Notes under the pieces: generated by a model
Told to the model about the DNA's origin: nothing
Databases searched by the model: none
What the model saw: only the letters and a program-made list of their open reading frames with translations
Translations under genes and position numbers: made by a program
Origin: an uncultured Planctomycetota bacterium
GTDB lineage: Bacteria > Planctomycetota > Planctomycetia > Pirellulales > Thermoguttaceae
Length of the DNA stretch: 64,000 nucleotides
Assembly (NCBI GenBank): GCA_900317365.1
Contig: ONGM01000143.1
Span: forward strand, 38,891-102,890
Reading direction: 5' to 3'
In this document: positions 19,575 to 28,900 of the stretch, piece by piece
Position numbering within the stretch: position 1 is the stretch's first letter
Layout of the letters: each line of letters starts with the position of its first letter

Positions 19575-19604
19575 ATTATACCATTGAGACGCGTCGATGC
19601 TTAA
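19575..19604 (-). promoter_or_regulatory. Candidate promoter of the glutamate-synthase operon (TTAAGC-18-TGgTATAAT)
   Basis: An extended -10 TGGTATAAT (-10 hexamer at 19575..19580) and a weak -35 (19599..19604). This implies a leader of about 180 nt. Confidence 0.4.
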
Positions 19605-19690
19605 AAACAAGTAGCATTCTTGCAAGTATTAAACTTATGACAACATATTTTGACTTCTTTTCCTAAACTTATAAAATCGCATATTCGAGT

Positions 19691-19753
19691 CAAAGGCGAG
19701 AAAAACCGATTCGATTTCCCTCGCCTTTGCGAGAAAAACGGCGACTCCGTTTC
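19691..19753 (-). terminator. Nested hairpins downstream of asnB (probable terminator region)
   Basis: On the minus strand, AAACGG-agucg-CCGUUUUU lies directly after the asnB stop. It is followed by CAAAGGCGAG-19 nt-CUCGCCUUUG (10 bp), with the alternative CUCGC-AAAG-GCGAG. Confidence 0.4.
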
Positions 19754-19759
19754 AGCCCC

Positions 19760-21340
19760 TTAAATTCCGCTCGCTCCGTAGTTCGAAAGAACGCGCGCGG
19801 AAGGATCGTTGACGTCGCAACCTTTCCAGCTCTTATTCGGCATCCAGAAGTCGACGATCATTTGACTTTGTTCAGGATAATACTTCTCAAAGATCTCACG
19901 ATACAACAACGATTCCTTCGTGAATGGAGTCGCATGCGCGAACTTGCCGCGTTTCGAATCAAATTCGGCGTCGGAATAGCGACTTTCGGCAAACTCTTTC
20001 AAGTAATCGACCATGGAATGACCGACGGCGTCGGAAAACGCCGCTTTTTCCCGATACAAAATCTCAGGAGGAAGGTATTCGCCGTCTTCAAAAGCCTTTC
20101 GCAACAAGTATTTTCCTTTGTTGTAGACGTTCATTTTCTTGTGCGGATCAATTGACAAGACGTATTTAACGAAATCAAGATCGCCGAACGGTACGCGCGC
20201 TTCGAGCGAGTTCACTGAAATACAGCGGTCGGCGCGCAAGACGTCGTACATATGAATCTCGCGAATACGTTTCTCGGACTCGAGTTGGAACTCTTCGGCA
20301 GAAGGTGCGAAGTCCGTGTACTTGTAGCCAAAAAGCTCGTCGGAAATTTCTCCCGTGAGCAGAACGCGAATATCGGTGTTTTCGTGAATCCATTTGCAAA
20401 GAAGATACATTCCCATGCTGGCGCGAATTGTCGTTATATCGAACGTGCCGAGCATTCTCACGACAAAATCGAGAGAGTCGAGAACTTCCTCTTTCGTCAT
20501 GTACACCTCGGTATGAACGCTTCCAATATAGTCGGCGACCGTTTTTGCGTATTTTAAATCGATGGCGTCTTCGCTCATGCCAATGCCAAAGGTTTTTATC
20601 GGCGTTCTCAATTCCTTTTGCGCTATCGCGCAGACAAGGGACGAGTCGAGACCGCCGGAAAGAAGAAACCCGATTTTCGAATCGGATTCCAAACGTTTTT
20701 TGACGCCTGCGATCAACTTTGATTTGATCTTGGAAAAAGTCGTAGGAAGATCGTCTCTCGAATACGTCTCGACTTTAGCGATATCGCAATAGCAAAAGAA
20801 GCGACCGTCTTTATAGTAATGCCCCGGCGGAAAAGGGAGCGTTTTTTGACACAGTGAAACGAGGTTTTTCGGTTCGCTGGCAAAAACGATGGCGCCCGAC
20901 TCCGTATACCCGTAGTACAGCGGTCGAATCCCGACGGGATCGCGCGCCGCTATCAGGGTCTGCGCTTCCGCGTCGTATAATATCAAGGCGAACTCGGCGT
21001 CAAGTTCCTTAAACATCTCGACGCCTTTTTCTCGATATAGAGGGAGCAGTATTTCGCAATCGGATCCGCTTTTAAAGCGATACGTTTTGGACAGTTCACG
21101 CTTGAACTTTTGGAATCCATAGATTTCTCCGTTACATACGAGCCAATTATCACCGAGCTGGAAAGGCTGCATACCTTCCGGAGTCAAGCCCATAATTGAA
21201 AGGCGATGAAACCCGAAGTATCCGTTCCCGACTTTTACAATGCGAGAATCGTCAGGTCCCCTCGAAACCGTTTCAGAAAATCCTTTTTGAAAATCCGCAA
21301 GCGAAACGCTCGCGCTATCGCAACCCATAATAGAACACAT
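19760..21340 (-). CDS. asnB: Asparagine synthase (glutamine-hydrolysing)
   Basis: The start is set at ATG 21340 so the protein begins MCSIMGC (Ntn Cys2), with a GAAAGGA RBS. FLLSGGLDSS is the PP-loop. The track ORF start at 21412 is too long. Confidence 0.9.
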   Translation of the reverse strand: MCSIMGCDSASVSLADFQKGFSETVSRGPDDSRIVKVGNGYFGFHRLSIMGLTPEGMQPFQLGDNWLVCNGEIYGFQKFKRELSKTYRFKSGSDCEILLPLYREKGVEMFKELDAEFALILYDAEAQTLIAARDPVGIRPLYYGYTESGAIVFASEPKNLVSLCQKTLPFPPGHYYKDGRFFCYCDIAKVETYSRDDLPTTFSKIKSKLIAGVKKRLESDSKIGFLLSGGLDSSLVCAIAQKELRTPIKTFGIGMSEDAIDLKYAKTVADYIGSVHTEVYMTKEEVLDSLDFVVRMLGTFDITTIRASMGMYLLCKWIHENTDIRVLLTGEISDELFGYKYTDFAPSAEEFQLESEKRIREIHMYDVLRADRCISVNSLEARVPFGDLDFVKYVLSIDPHKKMNVYNKGKYLLRKAFEDGEYLPPEILYREKAAFSDAVGHSMVDYLKEFAESRYSDAEFDSKRGKFAHATPFTKESLLYREIFEKYYPEQSQMIVDFWMPNKSWKGCDVNDPSARVLSNYGASGI

Positions 21341-21390
21341 TTTGCATTCCTTTCTCGATGATCCTTTGATAATCTTTTGTGTAATGGCAT

Positions 21391-21436
21391 AAAACCCGCC
21401 CGCAGACGACAAGCCCTGGAAATCGTCGCGGGCGGG
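21391..21436 (-). terminator. GC-rich hairpin plus UUUU between amt-PII and asnB (terminator or partial terminator)
   Basis: Minus strand: CCCGCCCGCGACGA-13 nt-UCGUC(U)GCGGGCGGG followed by UUUUA. Confidence 0.5.
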
Positions 21437-21490
21437 CGCCAGACACGCGCGTCTGGCTTATTTCATTGGCGGACAGTTTTCCGTGTTTGA

Positions 21491-23236
21491 TTACGCTTCC
21501 TCGTCTTGCAACGCGTCGTAACCTTCCTCGCCTGTCCTCACTTTGATCGCGTTTTCAACGTCGTAGACGAAGATCTTGCCGTCTCCGATTCTGCCGGTGT
21601 ACAATGTCTTTTTAACCGTGTCGATTAGATCGCTCACAGGTATCTTGCTAATAACGACGTCAACTTGAACCTTTGGTAAAAGATTCGTTTCAACTTGTAC
21701 CCCGCGGTAATACTCCGGGCGTCCGCGTTGAACGCCGCAGCCTAAAACGTGCGAGACGGTCATTCCGGTAACGCCGAGCGCCGACAAAGCCTCTTTCAAC
21801 GCGTCGAACCTTGATTCTTTGCATATAATCTCGACCTTCGTGAGTTTCCGCGTTCCCTGACTAGTAGTCGTTGCAAAGATTGGTTCACGTTTAACAGGGA
21901 TAGCCTCGGCAACGGGAACGTCGCCTTGAACTACCTGAACGCCGCCGATCGGCGCAAAATCGGAGAACCGATTGACTGCCGGTGCAAAATCAGGATACGC
22001 CGACGGAAGTCCGTGTTCAGTCTTGTCCAAACCGAGAATCTCATCTTCAGCGTTGACGCGCATTCCGACTGTAAGATCAATCAGCTTGAAGGCAATACAA
22101 AGGACGACGAGGGCGTAGGCGGCAACGCTAGCAATGCCGAGGCATTGAATCTTTAACGCTGAGAGGTCGCCGGTGTAAAAAAGACCAGAAATTCCAGCCG
22201 GCGCGTCGGGATTAGCAAAAAGTCCAACCGCAAACGTTCCCCAAACGCCGCACGCTAGATGAACGCCAACGGCGCCGACCGGATCGTCAATGTGAAATCT
22301 CAGATCGAGCTTTTCGACGATGAAGACGACGAGAAAACCTGCGACAATTCCGATAATGATCGAACCGATCGCGTCAACCGCGTCGCAACCTGCCGTAATT
22401 CCAACCAAGCCGGCGAGAGACGCGTTTAGGCACATCGAAACGTCGGGTTTGCCGTTTTTCACCCAGGTATAAACCAGCGCGGCGCACGTAGCGAACGCAG
22501 GAGCTAGGGTTGTTGTGAGAAAGATTGCGGAGAGTTCGGACGCAGACGTTGCCGCCGCGCCGTTAAAGCCGTACCATCCTAGCCACAAAATGAACACTCC
22601 CAACGCGCCAAGCGTGATTGAATGTCCAGGAATCGCGTTGATCTTTGAAACCTTTCCGCGATCGTCGCGACGATATTTCCCAATTCGCGCTCCGAGCAGG
22701 ATCGCGCCGATCAGAGCGGCGAATCCGCCGACCATGTGAATCGCGCAAGAACCGGCGTAATCGTGAAAACCTCGTTGCGCAAGCCAACCGCCGCCCCAAA
22801 TCCAATGCGCCTCGATAGGATAAACGAGGAGCGAAAGAATGATCGAATACAAACAGTAGGCTGAGAATTTCGTTCGTTCAGCCATGGCGCCGGACGCGAT
22901 CGTTGCGGTCGTTGCACAGAAGACAAGGTTGAAGACGAACGTCGAAGCCGGAGTGAACTCGTCGGCGGAAGGATTCGTTATGAACAATTTGAAATTGGTG
23001 AAAATCTCGAAATTTGGTCTTCCAATCAGCCCGAAAAAAGAATCGGCGCCAATGAGAAGAGAGTATCCAAGCGTGGAAAACGCCACCGCGCCTAGACAAA
23101 AATCCATGAGATTCTTCATGACGATATTACCGGCGTTCTTCGAACGAGTAAATCCGGCTTCAACCATCGCGAATCCCGCTTGCATCCAAAAGACTAACGC
23201 CGCGCCAATTAAAAACCAAAACTCAACGGTAATCAC
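21491..23236 (-). CDS. Ammonium transporter (Amt) fused to a C-terminal P-II (GlnK/GlnB) domain
   Basis: The Amt core has FWMQAGFAMVEAGF, AIHMVGGFAAL and VHLACGVWG. The last ~118 aa (21494..21847) are KVEIICKESRFDALKEALSALGVTGMTVSHVLGCGVQRGRPEYYRG...GDGKIFVYDVENAIKVRTGEEG, which is P-II. The start is probably GTG 23236, 7 nt after an AGGAG that overlaps the glnN stop; the track's TTG 23242 is too close to the RBS. Confidence 0.9.
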   Translation of the reverse strand: MITVEFWFLIGAALVFWMQAGFAMVEAGFTRSKNAGNIVMKNLMDFCLGAVAFSTLGYSLLIGADSFFGLIGRPNFEIFTNFKLFITNPSADEFTPASTFVFNLVFCATTATIASGAMAERTKFSAYCLYSIILSLLVYPIEAHWIWGGGWLAQRGFHDYAGSCAIHMVGGFAALIGAILLGARIGKYRRDDRGKVSKINAIPGHSITLGALGVFILWLGWYGFNGAAATSASELSAIFLTTTLAPAFATCAALVYTWVKNGKPDVSMCLNASLAGLVGITAGCDAVDAIGSIIIGIVAGFLVVFIVEKLDLRFHIDDPVGAVGVHLACGVWGTFAVGLFANPDAPAGISGLFYTGDLSALKIQCLGIASVAAYALVVLCIAFKLIDLTVGMRVNAEDEILGLDKTEHGLPSAYPDFAPAVNRFSDFAPIGGVQVVQGDVPVAEAIPVKREPIFATTTSQGTRKLTKVEIICKESRFDALKEALSALGVTGMTVSHVLGCGVQRGRPEYYRGVQVETNLLPKVQVDVVISKIPVSDLIDTVKKTLYTGRIGDGKIFVYDVENAIKVRTGEEGYDALQDEEA

Positions 23237-23247
23237 GACCAATCTCC

Positions 23248-25344
23248 TTATCGAACGCTAAACAGGATCTTTTCATAGGTCGGGAACGGCCAATATTTTT
23301 CAGCGACGAGTGTTTCCGCTTCGTCGCACACTAGGCGCAACTCCGTCATTCGCGGCAAGATCTCGTCGCGAATCATAACGGACGCCTCGGTAACGTCGCC
23401 AATCGTTTTGAGTTGTACGAGCGATACGTCTAGTCTCTGGGTCGCGGCGTCAATTTCGTCAACGATACGTGAAAGCTTTGCGAGGAGGTTCTTTTCATAC
23501 CGTCCTGATACTTCCGGCGCAATGGCGTTTTTGGCGACGGCCGTTTCCGCAATGTCTTTAACATAGGATTCGACGGCCGGCAAAATATCCTTGCGCGCCA
23601 TATCCACCATCGTTAAGCCTTCGATCGTTACCGTCTTGCAGTAATTGTCCAACGTGATTTCGTATCGGGATCTAATCTCAGAAACAGAATAAATCCCGAG
23701 AGAGACGAGCAAATCGACGTTCTTTTTATTGAGAAGGGCCGGCAGAGCGTCCGGAGTCGTGCGGAGATTGAGAAGCCCGCGCTCTTCCGTCGCCTCTTTA
23801 ATCCATGCGTCGTCGTATCCGTTGCCGTTGAATACGACTCGACGATGGTCTTTGAACGTCTTTTTAATCATCTCGTGAAGCGCCGTCTCAAAATCGGTTG
23901 CGTTTTCCAAACGATCGGCGTAAATCTTGAGGGACTCGGCGACTGCGGCATTCAGCATGATATTGGCGCACGCAATGCTGTTTGAAGAGCCGAGCATACG
24001 GAATTCAAACTTATTGCCGGTAAAGGCAAAAGGAGACGTCCTGTTGCGATCCGTCGAATCGCGATTGAAATTCGGCAATACGTTAGCGCCCAGTTTCATA
24101 ACCGTCTTTTCCGCGCCGACGTAAGGAGCGTCGTTTACGATCGCGTCCATAATGGCGGTCAGTTCGTCCCCGAGGAAAATCGAAATCACCGCAGGAGGGG
24201 CTTCGTTCGCGCCAAGTCGATGGTCGTTGCCCGCCGTCGCTACCGATAGTCGAAGAAGATCTTGATAGTCGTCCACCGCCTTAATTACGGCGCAGAGGAA
24301 AAGGAGGAACTGCGCGTTCTCGTACGGCGTTTCACCAGGAGTCAAAAGGTTGACGCCTGTGTCCGTAGCCATCGACCAGTTGTTGTGCTTACCGGAACCG
24401 TTGACGCCTGCAAAAGGCTTTTCATGCAACAAGCAGACGAGACCGTGCCGAGAGGCAACCTTCTGCATGATCTCCATCGTTAATTGGTTGTGATCCGTGG
24501 CAACGTTCGTCGTCGTATATATCGGAGCGAGCTCGTGCTGAGCCGGCGCCACTTCGTTGTGTTCCGTTTTAGCGAGGATCCCAAGTTTCCACAACTCTTC
24601 GTTGAGGTCCGCCATATAGGCGGCGACGCGCGGCTTAATGACGCCGAAGTAATGATCCGACATTTCCTGCCCTTTCGGCGGTTTTGCGCCGAAGAGGGTT
24701 CGACCGGTCATGATCAAGTCTTTGCGTTCAAGAAAAACCTTTTCGTCGATCAGAAAATACTCTTGTTCCGGACCAACCGAAGTGCGAACGCATTTGACGT
24801 CCGTTTTGCCAAAGAGTTTTAAGATCCGCAACGCCTGAACGTTGAGCGCTTCCATCGATCGAAGGAGTGGCGTCTTTTTGTCCAACGCTTCGCCGCCGAA
24901 GGAACAGAACGCCGTCGGAATGCACAGCGTTTTTCCCTTAATGAACGCGTACGACGTCGGATCCCACGCCGTGTATCCCCGCGCTTCAAAGGTCGCGCGC
25001 AAACCGCCAGACGGAAAAGACGACGCGTCCGGTTCGCCTTTAATGAGCTCCTTACCGGAAAACTCCATAATGACGCGTCCGTCAGGGGACGGCGTAATAA
25101 AGCTGTCGTGTTTCTCGGCAGTTACGCCGGTAAGGGGCTGGAACCAGTGTGTAAAATGCGTCGCGCCGCGAGCAACCGCCCAATCCTTCATTGCAGCCGC
25201 CACCGCGTCGGCGACCCCGCGATCAAGGGGAGCGCCTTCGTCAATCGTTTTTTTCAGCGAGCGATAAACGTCGTCGGAAAGGGACGCCTTCATGACGCGG
25301 TCGTCGAACACCATAGAACCGAAATACTCGGGAACAGAACTCAT
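23248..25344 (-). CDS. glnN: Glutamine synthetase type III
   Basis: 698 aa. The N-terminus [20 protein letters not shown], plus [11 protein letters not shown] and GSGKHNNWS, are characteristic of GSIII. Confidence 0.9.
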   Translation of the reverse strand: MSSVPEYFGSMVFDDRVMKASLSDDVYRSLKKTIDEGAPLDRGVADAVAAAMKDWAVARGATHFTHWFQPLTGVTAEKHDSFITPSPDGRVIMEFSGKELIKGEPDASSFPSGGLRATFEARGYTAWDPTSYAFIKGKTLCIPTAFCSFGGEALDKKTPLLRSMEALNVQALRILKLFGKTDVKCVRTSVGPEQEYFLIDEKVFLERKDLIMTGRTLFGAKPPKGQEMSDHYFGVIKPRVAAYMADLNEELWKLGILAKTEHNEVAPAQHELAPIYTTTNVATDHNQLTMEIMQKVASRHGLVCLLHEKPFAGVNGSGKHNNWSMATDTGVNLLTPGETPYENAQFLLFLCAVIKAVDDYQDLLRLSVATAGNDHRLGANEAPPAVISIFLGDELTAIMDAIVNDAPYVGAEKTVMKLGANVLPNFNRDSTDRNRTSPFAFTGNKFEFRMLGSSNSIACANIMLNAAVAESLKIYADRLENATDFETALHEMIKKTFKDHRRVVFNGNGYDDAWIKEATEERGLLNLRTTPDALPALLNKKNVDLLVSLGIYSVSEIRSRYEITLDNYCKTVTIEGLTMVDMARKDILPAVESYVKDIAETAVAKNAIAPEVSGRYEKNLLAKLSRIVDEIDAATQRLDVSLVQLKTIGDVTEASVMIRDEILPRMTELRLVCDEAETLVAEKYWPFPTYEKILFSVR

Positions 25345-25364
25345 CTCATTACCCCTTCATGCAC

Positions 25365-25407
25365 AAAAAAAGGCAACGACGTTTTGGAAAACCAAGACGC
25401 CGTTGCC
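25365..25407 (-). terminator. glnN leader terminator 2
   Basis: GGCAACGGCGU-c-UUGG-uuuu-CCAA-a-ACGUCGUUGCC followed by U7. It has 15 bp and ends about 20 nt before the ATG at 25344. Confidence 0.65.
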
Positions 25408-25410
25408 TCG
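25393..25410 (-). promoter_or_regulatory. Hexaloop hairpin H2 overlapping terminator 2
   Basis: CGAGGC-AACGGC-GUCUUG has a 6-bp stem (2 GU pairs) and a loop with A1/G4. It shares nucleotides with the 5' arm of terminator 2. Confidence 0.45.
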
Positions 25411-25420
25411 TTTTATCGAT

Positions 25421-25469
25421 AAACAAAAAAGGGGTCTCAGAAAAGAATTTTCATCTTTTCCGAGACCCC
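25421..25469 (-). terminator. glnN leader terminator 1
   Basis: GGGGUCUCGGAAAAG-9 nt-CUUUUCUGAGACCCC forms 15 bp and is followed by UUUUUUGUUU. Confidence 0.7.
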
Positions 25470-25478
25470 TTTGCCTCA
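25461..25478 (-). promoter_or_regulatory. Hexaloop hairpin H1 overlapping terminator 1
   Basis: UGAGGC-AAAGGG-GUCUCG has a loop with A1/G4. Its loop and 3' arm form the 5' arm of terminator 1. Confidence 0.45.
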
Positions 25479-25489
25479 TTCGATCGCTG

Positions 25490-25517
25490 ATTCTATACCA
25501 TGTCGCCGAATAGTCAA
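25490..25517 (-). promoter_or_regulatory. Sigma-70-like promoter of glnN operon (TTGACT-16-TAGAAT)
   Basis: -35 at 25512..25517 and -10 at 25490..25495 on the minus strand. Confidence 0.5.
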
Positions 25518-25566
25518 TAGGTTTTTGAAAAAATTTTTGAAATTCTCGCTCGAGATATTCTCAAAC

Positions 25567-25872
25567 CTACTCCAGCCAGAACGCTTCTTCCAACGATTCT
25601 GGAACGTCGTTTTCGCCGAGGTAAATCAGGGGGCGCATATAATCTTCCCACTTCTGCCGAACCTCGCTTGCTTCAAGCGTAGGAAGCAAACGGTCGGGGT
25701 CGTCCACTTCGTAGTACGCGAAAATGTCGGTTCCGGAAAGCCAAATCGAATAGTTTTTGTATCCAGCCTCTTTGAGAAGAGCCTTCATTTCCGGCCAAAT
25801 CTCGCGATGTCGTCTGATATACTCCTCGCGCGTCGAGGGATCCTTTAAAATCCATCTTTGTGCAACTCTCAT
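25567..25872 (-). CDS. rhaM: L-rhamnose mutarotase
   Basis: MRVAQRWILKDPSTREEYIRRHREIWPEMKALLKEAGYKNYSIWLSGTDIFAYYEV fits the RhaM/DUF718 family. I prefer ATG 25872 with a GGAGA RBS over the track's TTG 25887. Confidence 0.8.
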   Translation of the reverse strand: MRVAQRWILKDPSTREEYIRRHREIWPEMKALLKEAGYKNYSIWLSGTDIFAYYEVDDPDRLLPTLEASEVRQKWEDYMRPLIYLGENDVPESLEEAFWLE

Positions 25873-25942
25873 AGCTAGCTTCTCCAATTTGATTCTGTGT
25901 GTAAAGGTTAGCGTTCGCGAGACGACGTCTCTCCGAATTCGT

Positions 25943-28900
25943 TTATTTGCGATCGCGGCGGATTTGATAGTCTCCCCAGAGCGGAACGTTTAGATCAATC
26001 CAACATTTGATCGCCTGCTCTTCTTCGGGGCTTAAATTGACGCCGTCGTGTTGCGCCTCTTTAAGAACGTCGAATAGTCGACTCTTGGCGACGCCAAAGG
26101 TATACGGCGCGGCCTTCGTCGTTTTTCCGCCGCCCCATGTGTAGTCAAAGTAATGAATCGTTCCGCTTTGAATTAACGAGCGATATGAGTTCGGGATCTT
26201 GTTCGCGTCACGGTCGCCGGTCAAATCGATAATTCGTGAAGCTAGCGCCGCCGTATCGGCGTTATGACACTCGACGCAATGTTTGTTCAGAATCGGTTGA
26301 ACGATTCGTTCATACCAAAACGGGCCGGCTCCCCACGGCGGCGCGACCAGCCGTTGCGGATCGCCTGCCGACGCCTTCGTAAGTCCGCCTTCCGGGGCGC
26401 TCAATCGATTTTCATGACATCCTACGCACGAACGCCGTTCGCCAGGTCGGAGTTGGACGACGGAGCGCATGCGTTGAATCTCATTGTAATTCTCGTCCAA
26501 CAGTTCGAAAAAGAGAACTTTTTCCGCCGGAACGAGAAAATCGACGGAGCCGTCTTCTTCAATTTCTACCGTGCCGAGAACGCCTTTCGCAACGTACGAG
26601 GGCCACCCGTAGGCGCCTTGTAGAACGTCGACGGGCGAAGCGTAGTACTCCATGAAGGGTTCGTGATCGGCTTGATAGGTTCCGTCGTCGAGTTGAATGA
26701 GATTCGTCGGAAGCTCTTGGCACACGCGCAAGTACTTTGCGGCGCCCGGTTTGACCTGACCCTCTAGCCCTCGATAGACGTTGGCGACGGAAAAATAGCC
26801 AAGTTTCTGATCAGCAAGGGTCGGATCCGCCGAAGCGCCTGTGACCGGCGGCGTCTCGCGCGGCGCGAAAGGTTGGGGACAAATCGTGTCGATTTCGGGA
26901 TCAATCGTCAGTAACTCTCGATTGCCAAAGCGATCGATTAAGTAAACTCCAAATCGATCAAAATGTGCGTGCGAGACGAGAATAATATCCCTCGAAATAG
27001 GAGTCGGTTCGCGAAACGTTTCCGAGCGCGCCCAGTAGCCGGGCCAAGGGACCTCCGGCGTAATCGACCGAATAGCCGACGGATCGTGCGGTCCTTTCGA
27101 CAGATCGATCAGGGCAACCGGTCCGTTGAGGTCGCCAAAGTGTGAAATCATAACGCAACAGACTTCATTGGAATCGGGAACGCGTTTACCGTTCGCGTAA
27201 CCTTGCGGCAAGTTAATCGTGTTTCCAAATGTCAGCTCAGGCGACGTCCCGTCCGCGCGAATAGTCCACAACGTGTGCCCGTAATCCGCTCCTTTATCGA
27301 CGTATTCCGAACGCGTCCACATAATTCTCCCGTCGTCGCACACCGACGGCGCAAACTCGGAAAGATTGGCGTAGGAAAGAGGTTCCAAGCCCGTTCCGTC
27401 CATATCCATTCGATGAAGAACAAAAGCTTGCGGACGCCAACAGATGAATTTTTTCTTACATCTCGTCGATACGAACGCAAGACCTCCGTCGGGAAGTTCC
27501 GTAGGCCAAAAATCATGGAACGGTCCAGGCGGGCTTATGCGTCGCTCGACGCCGGAAGTCAGATCGAGTTCGAAGATGCGATAGTACTCGTTTTGACTGA
27601 TTCGTTTTGCATAGTAAATCTTTTGTGCATCAAAGCTTTGCGACGGATTTCTAATAACGCCGTCCCCTGCCTCGACAAGATTTCGAGCGGTTGCTTCTTC
27701 CGGGGCAAGCCGACCGTCTTTAAACGGTATGTCGATCATAACGACGGCGCCGCCGGGATTCCAGGTTGAATCAAAGAGGTCGCTATAGTTGTGCGACGGC
27801 CAAAATGGATTTCGCTTGTTGGCGAGAATGTGAGAAAGGGATTCTAATTCCGGATTGGAGAGGAAGAGATCGCGTTTTAAGAGTCTCACGCGTAGGAAAA
27901 GATTACGCGTCGCCAGTAGACTTTCACGGCGGCGCTGAGAATCTTCGTCGCGCGCTGAGTTTTTCAATGAGTCAAGGAAAAGTTGCCAACACGCAAGAGC
28001 TTCAGTCTCGACAGAAGAAAGCTCCGGACGCTTTTGAAGGTCGTTGAAATACTCAATCAGAGCTTCTGCTTCGCCTTGGTCTCCCAATTTAGCCAGAATT
28101 GCTTTTGAATCGACATATCTCGGATTAACGCTCCCGTTCCACCGAACCTGTTTTGCGAAGTCACGTTCGTCAAGCTCGGTCGAACGACTTTCGGAACGCT
28201 CGAGCATATCTTTGAGTTGACATAACGGACGATACGACGGGTTGTATTTCAATCCAACAACGCGAAATTTATCCCCAGACTTTTGATCAACGATCGAACA
28301 GACAAGTTCAGGACCGGCGTAGCCCCACTCTCCCTGAACCTTTGTAATCGTAGTTTTTCCCGGCTGAACGGAGACGTCTTCCGCATTGATCGAGAAAACG
28401 CGATCCTCGTCGGAAGTTCCGACAAGACGTATTTCGAAATCCGCTGAAAAATCATTCGGAGGAGCGAGTTCAAGCGCAAAAGGCGCAGGCTTAAAATGGA
28501 CAGGTCTCCCGCCTGGCATGACGCGTCGCGCGCCTATGCCTAACCCTACGTAAAATCCACGTTCTTTTACGTCAGGCAGAAATTGTAAGGGAATTTTCAC
28601 CTGAAGAGTGTTGGCGTCAGGATTAAAGCAACCGTCGAGTTCCGTTTCGGAGCCGGCGTCCCGTTCGTCGAGCGGATCGATCTGTTTCCAAAGAACTTTC
28701 GTTTCAACCTTTCCCTCACAAACGTCGTCGCGAAGCGTAATGAATGCGCGATCAGGTATGTTTTCAGTCCCGATCATCGCGATATTTTCGGAGAGAAACC
28801 GATCGCCTGAAATTCTAAGCAAAAGCGCGTCTGGCGTAAAAACTGCGCTCACGGTTTGCTCCAGAAGCCCCCCCAAGAAGAAGGAGCCGCCGTTAAAGAC

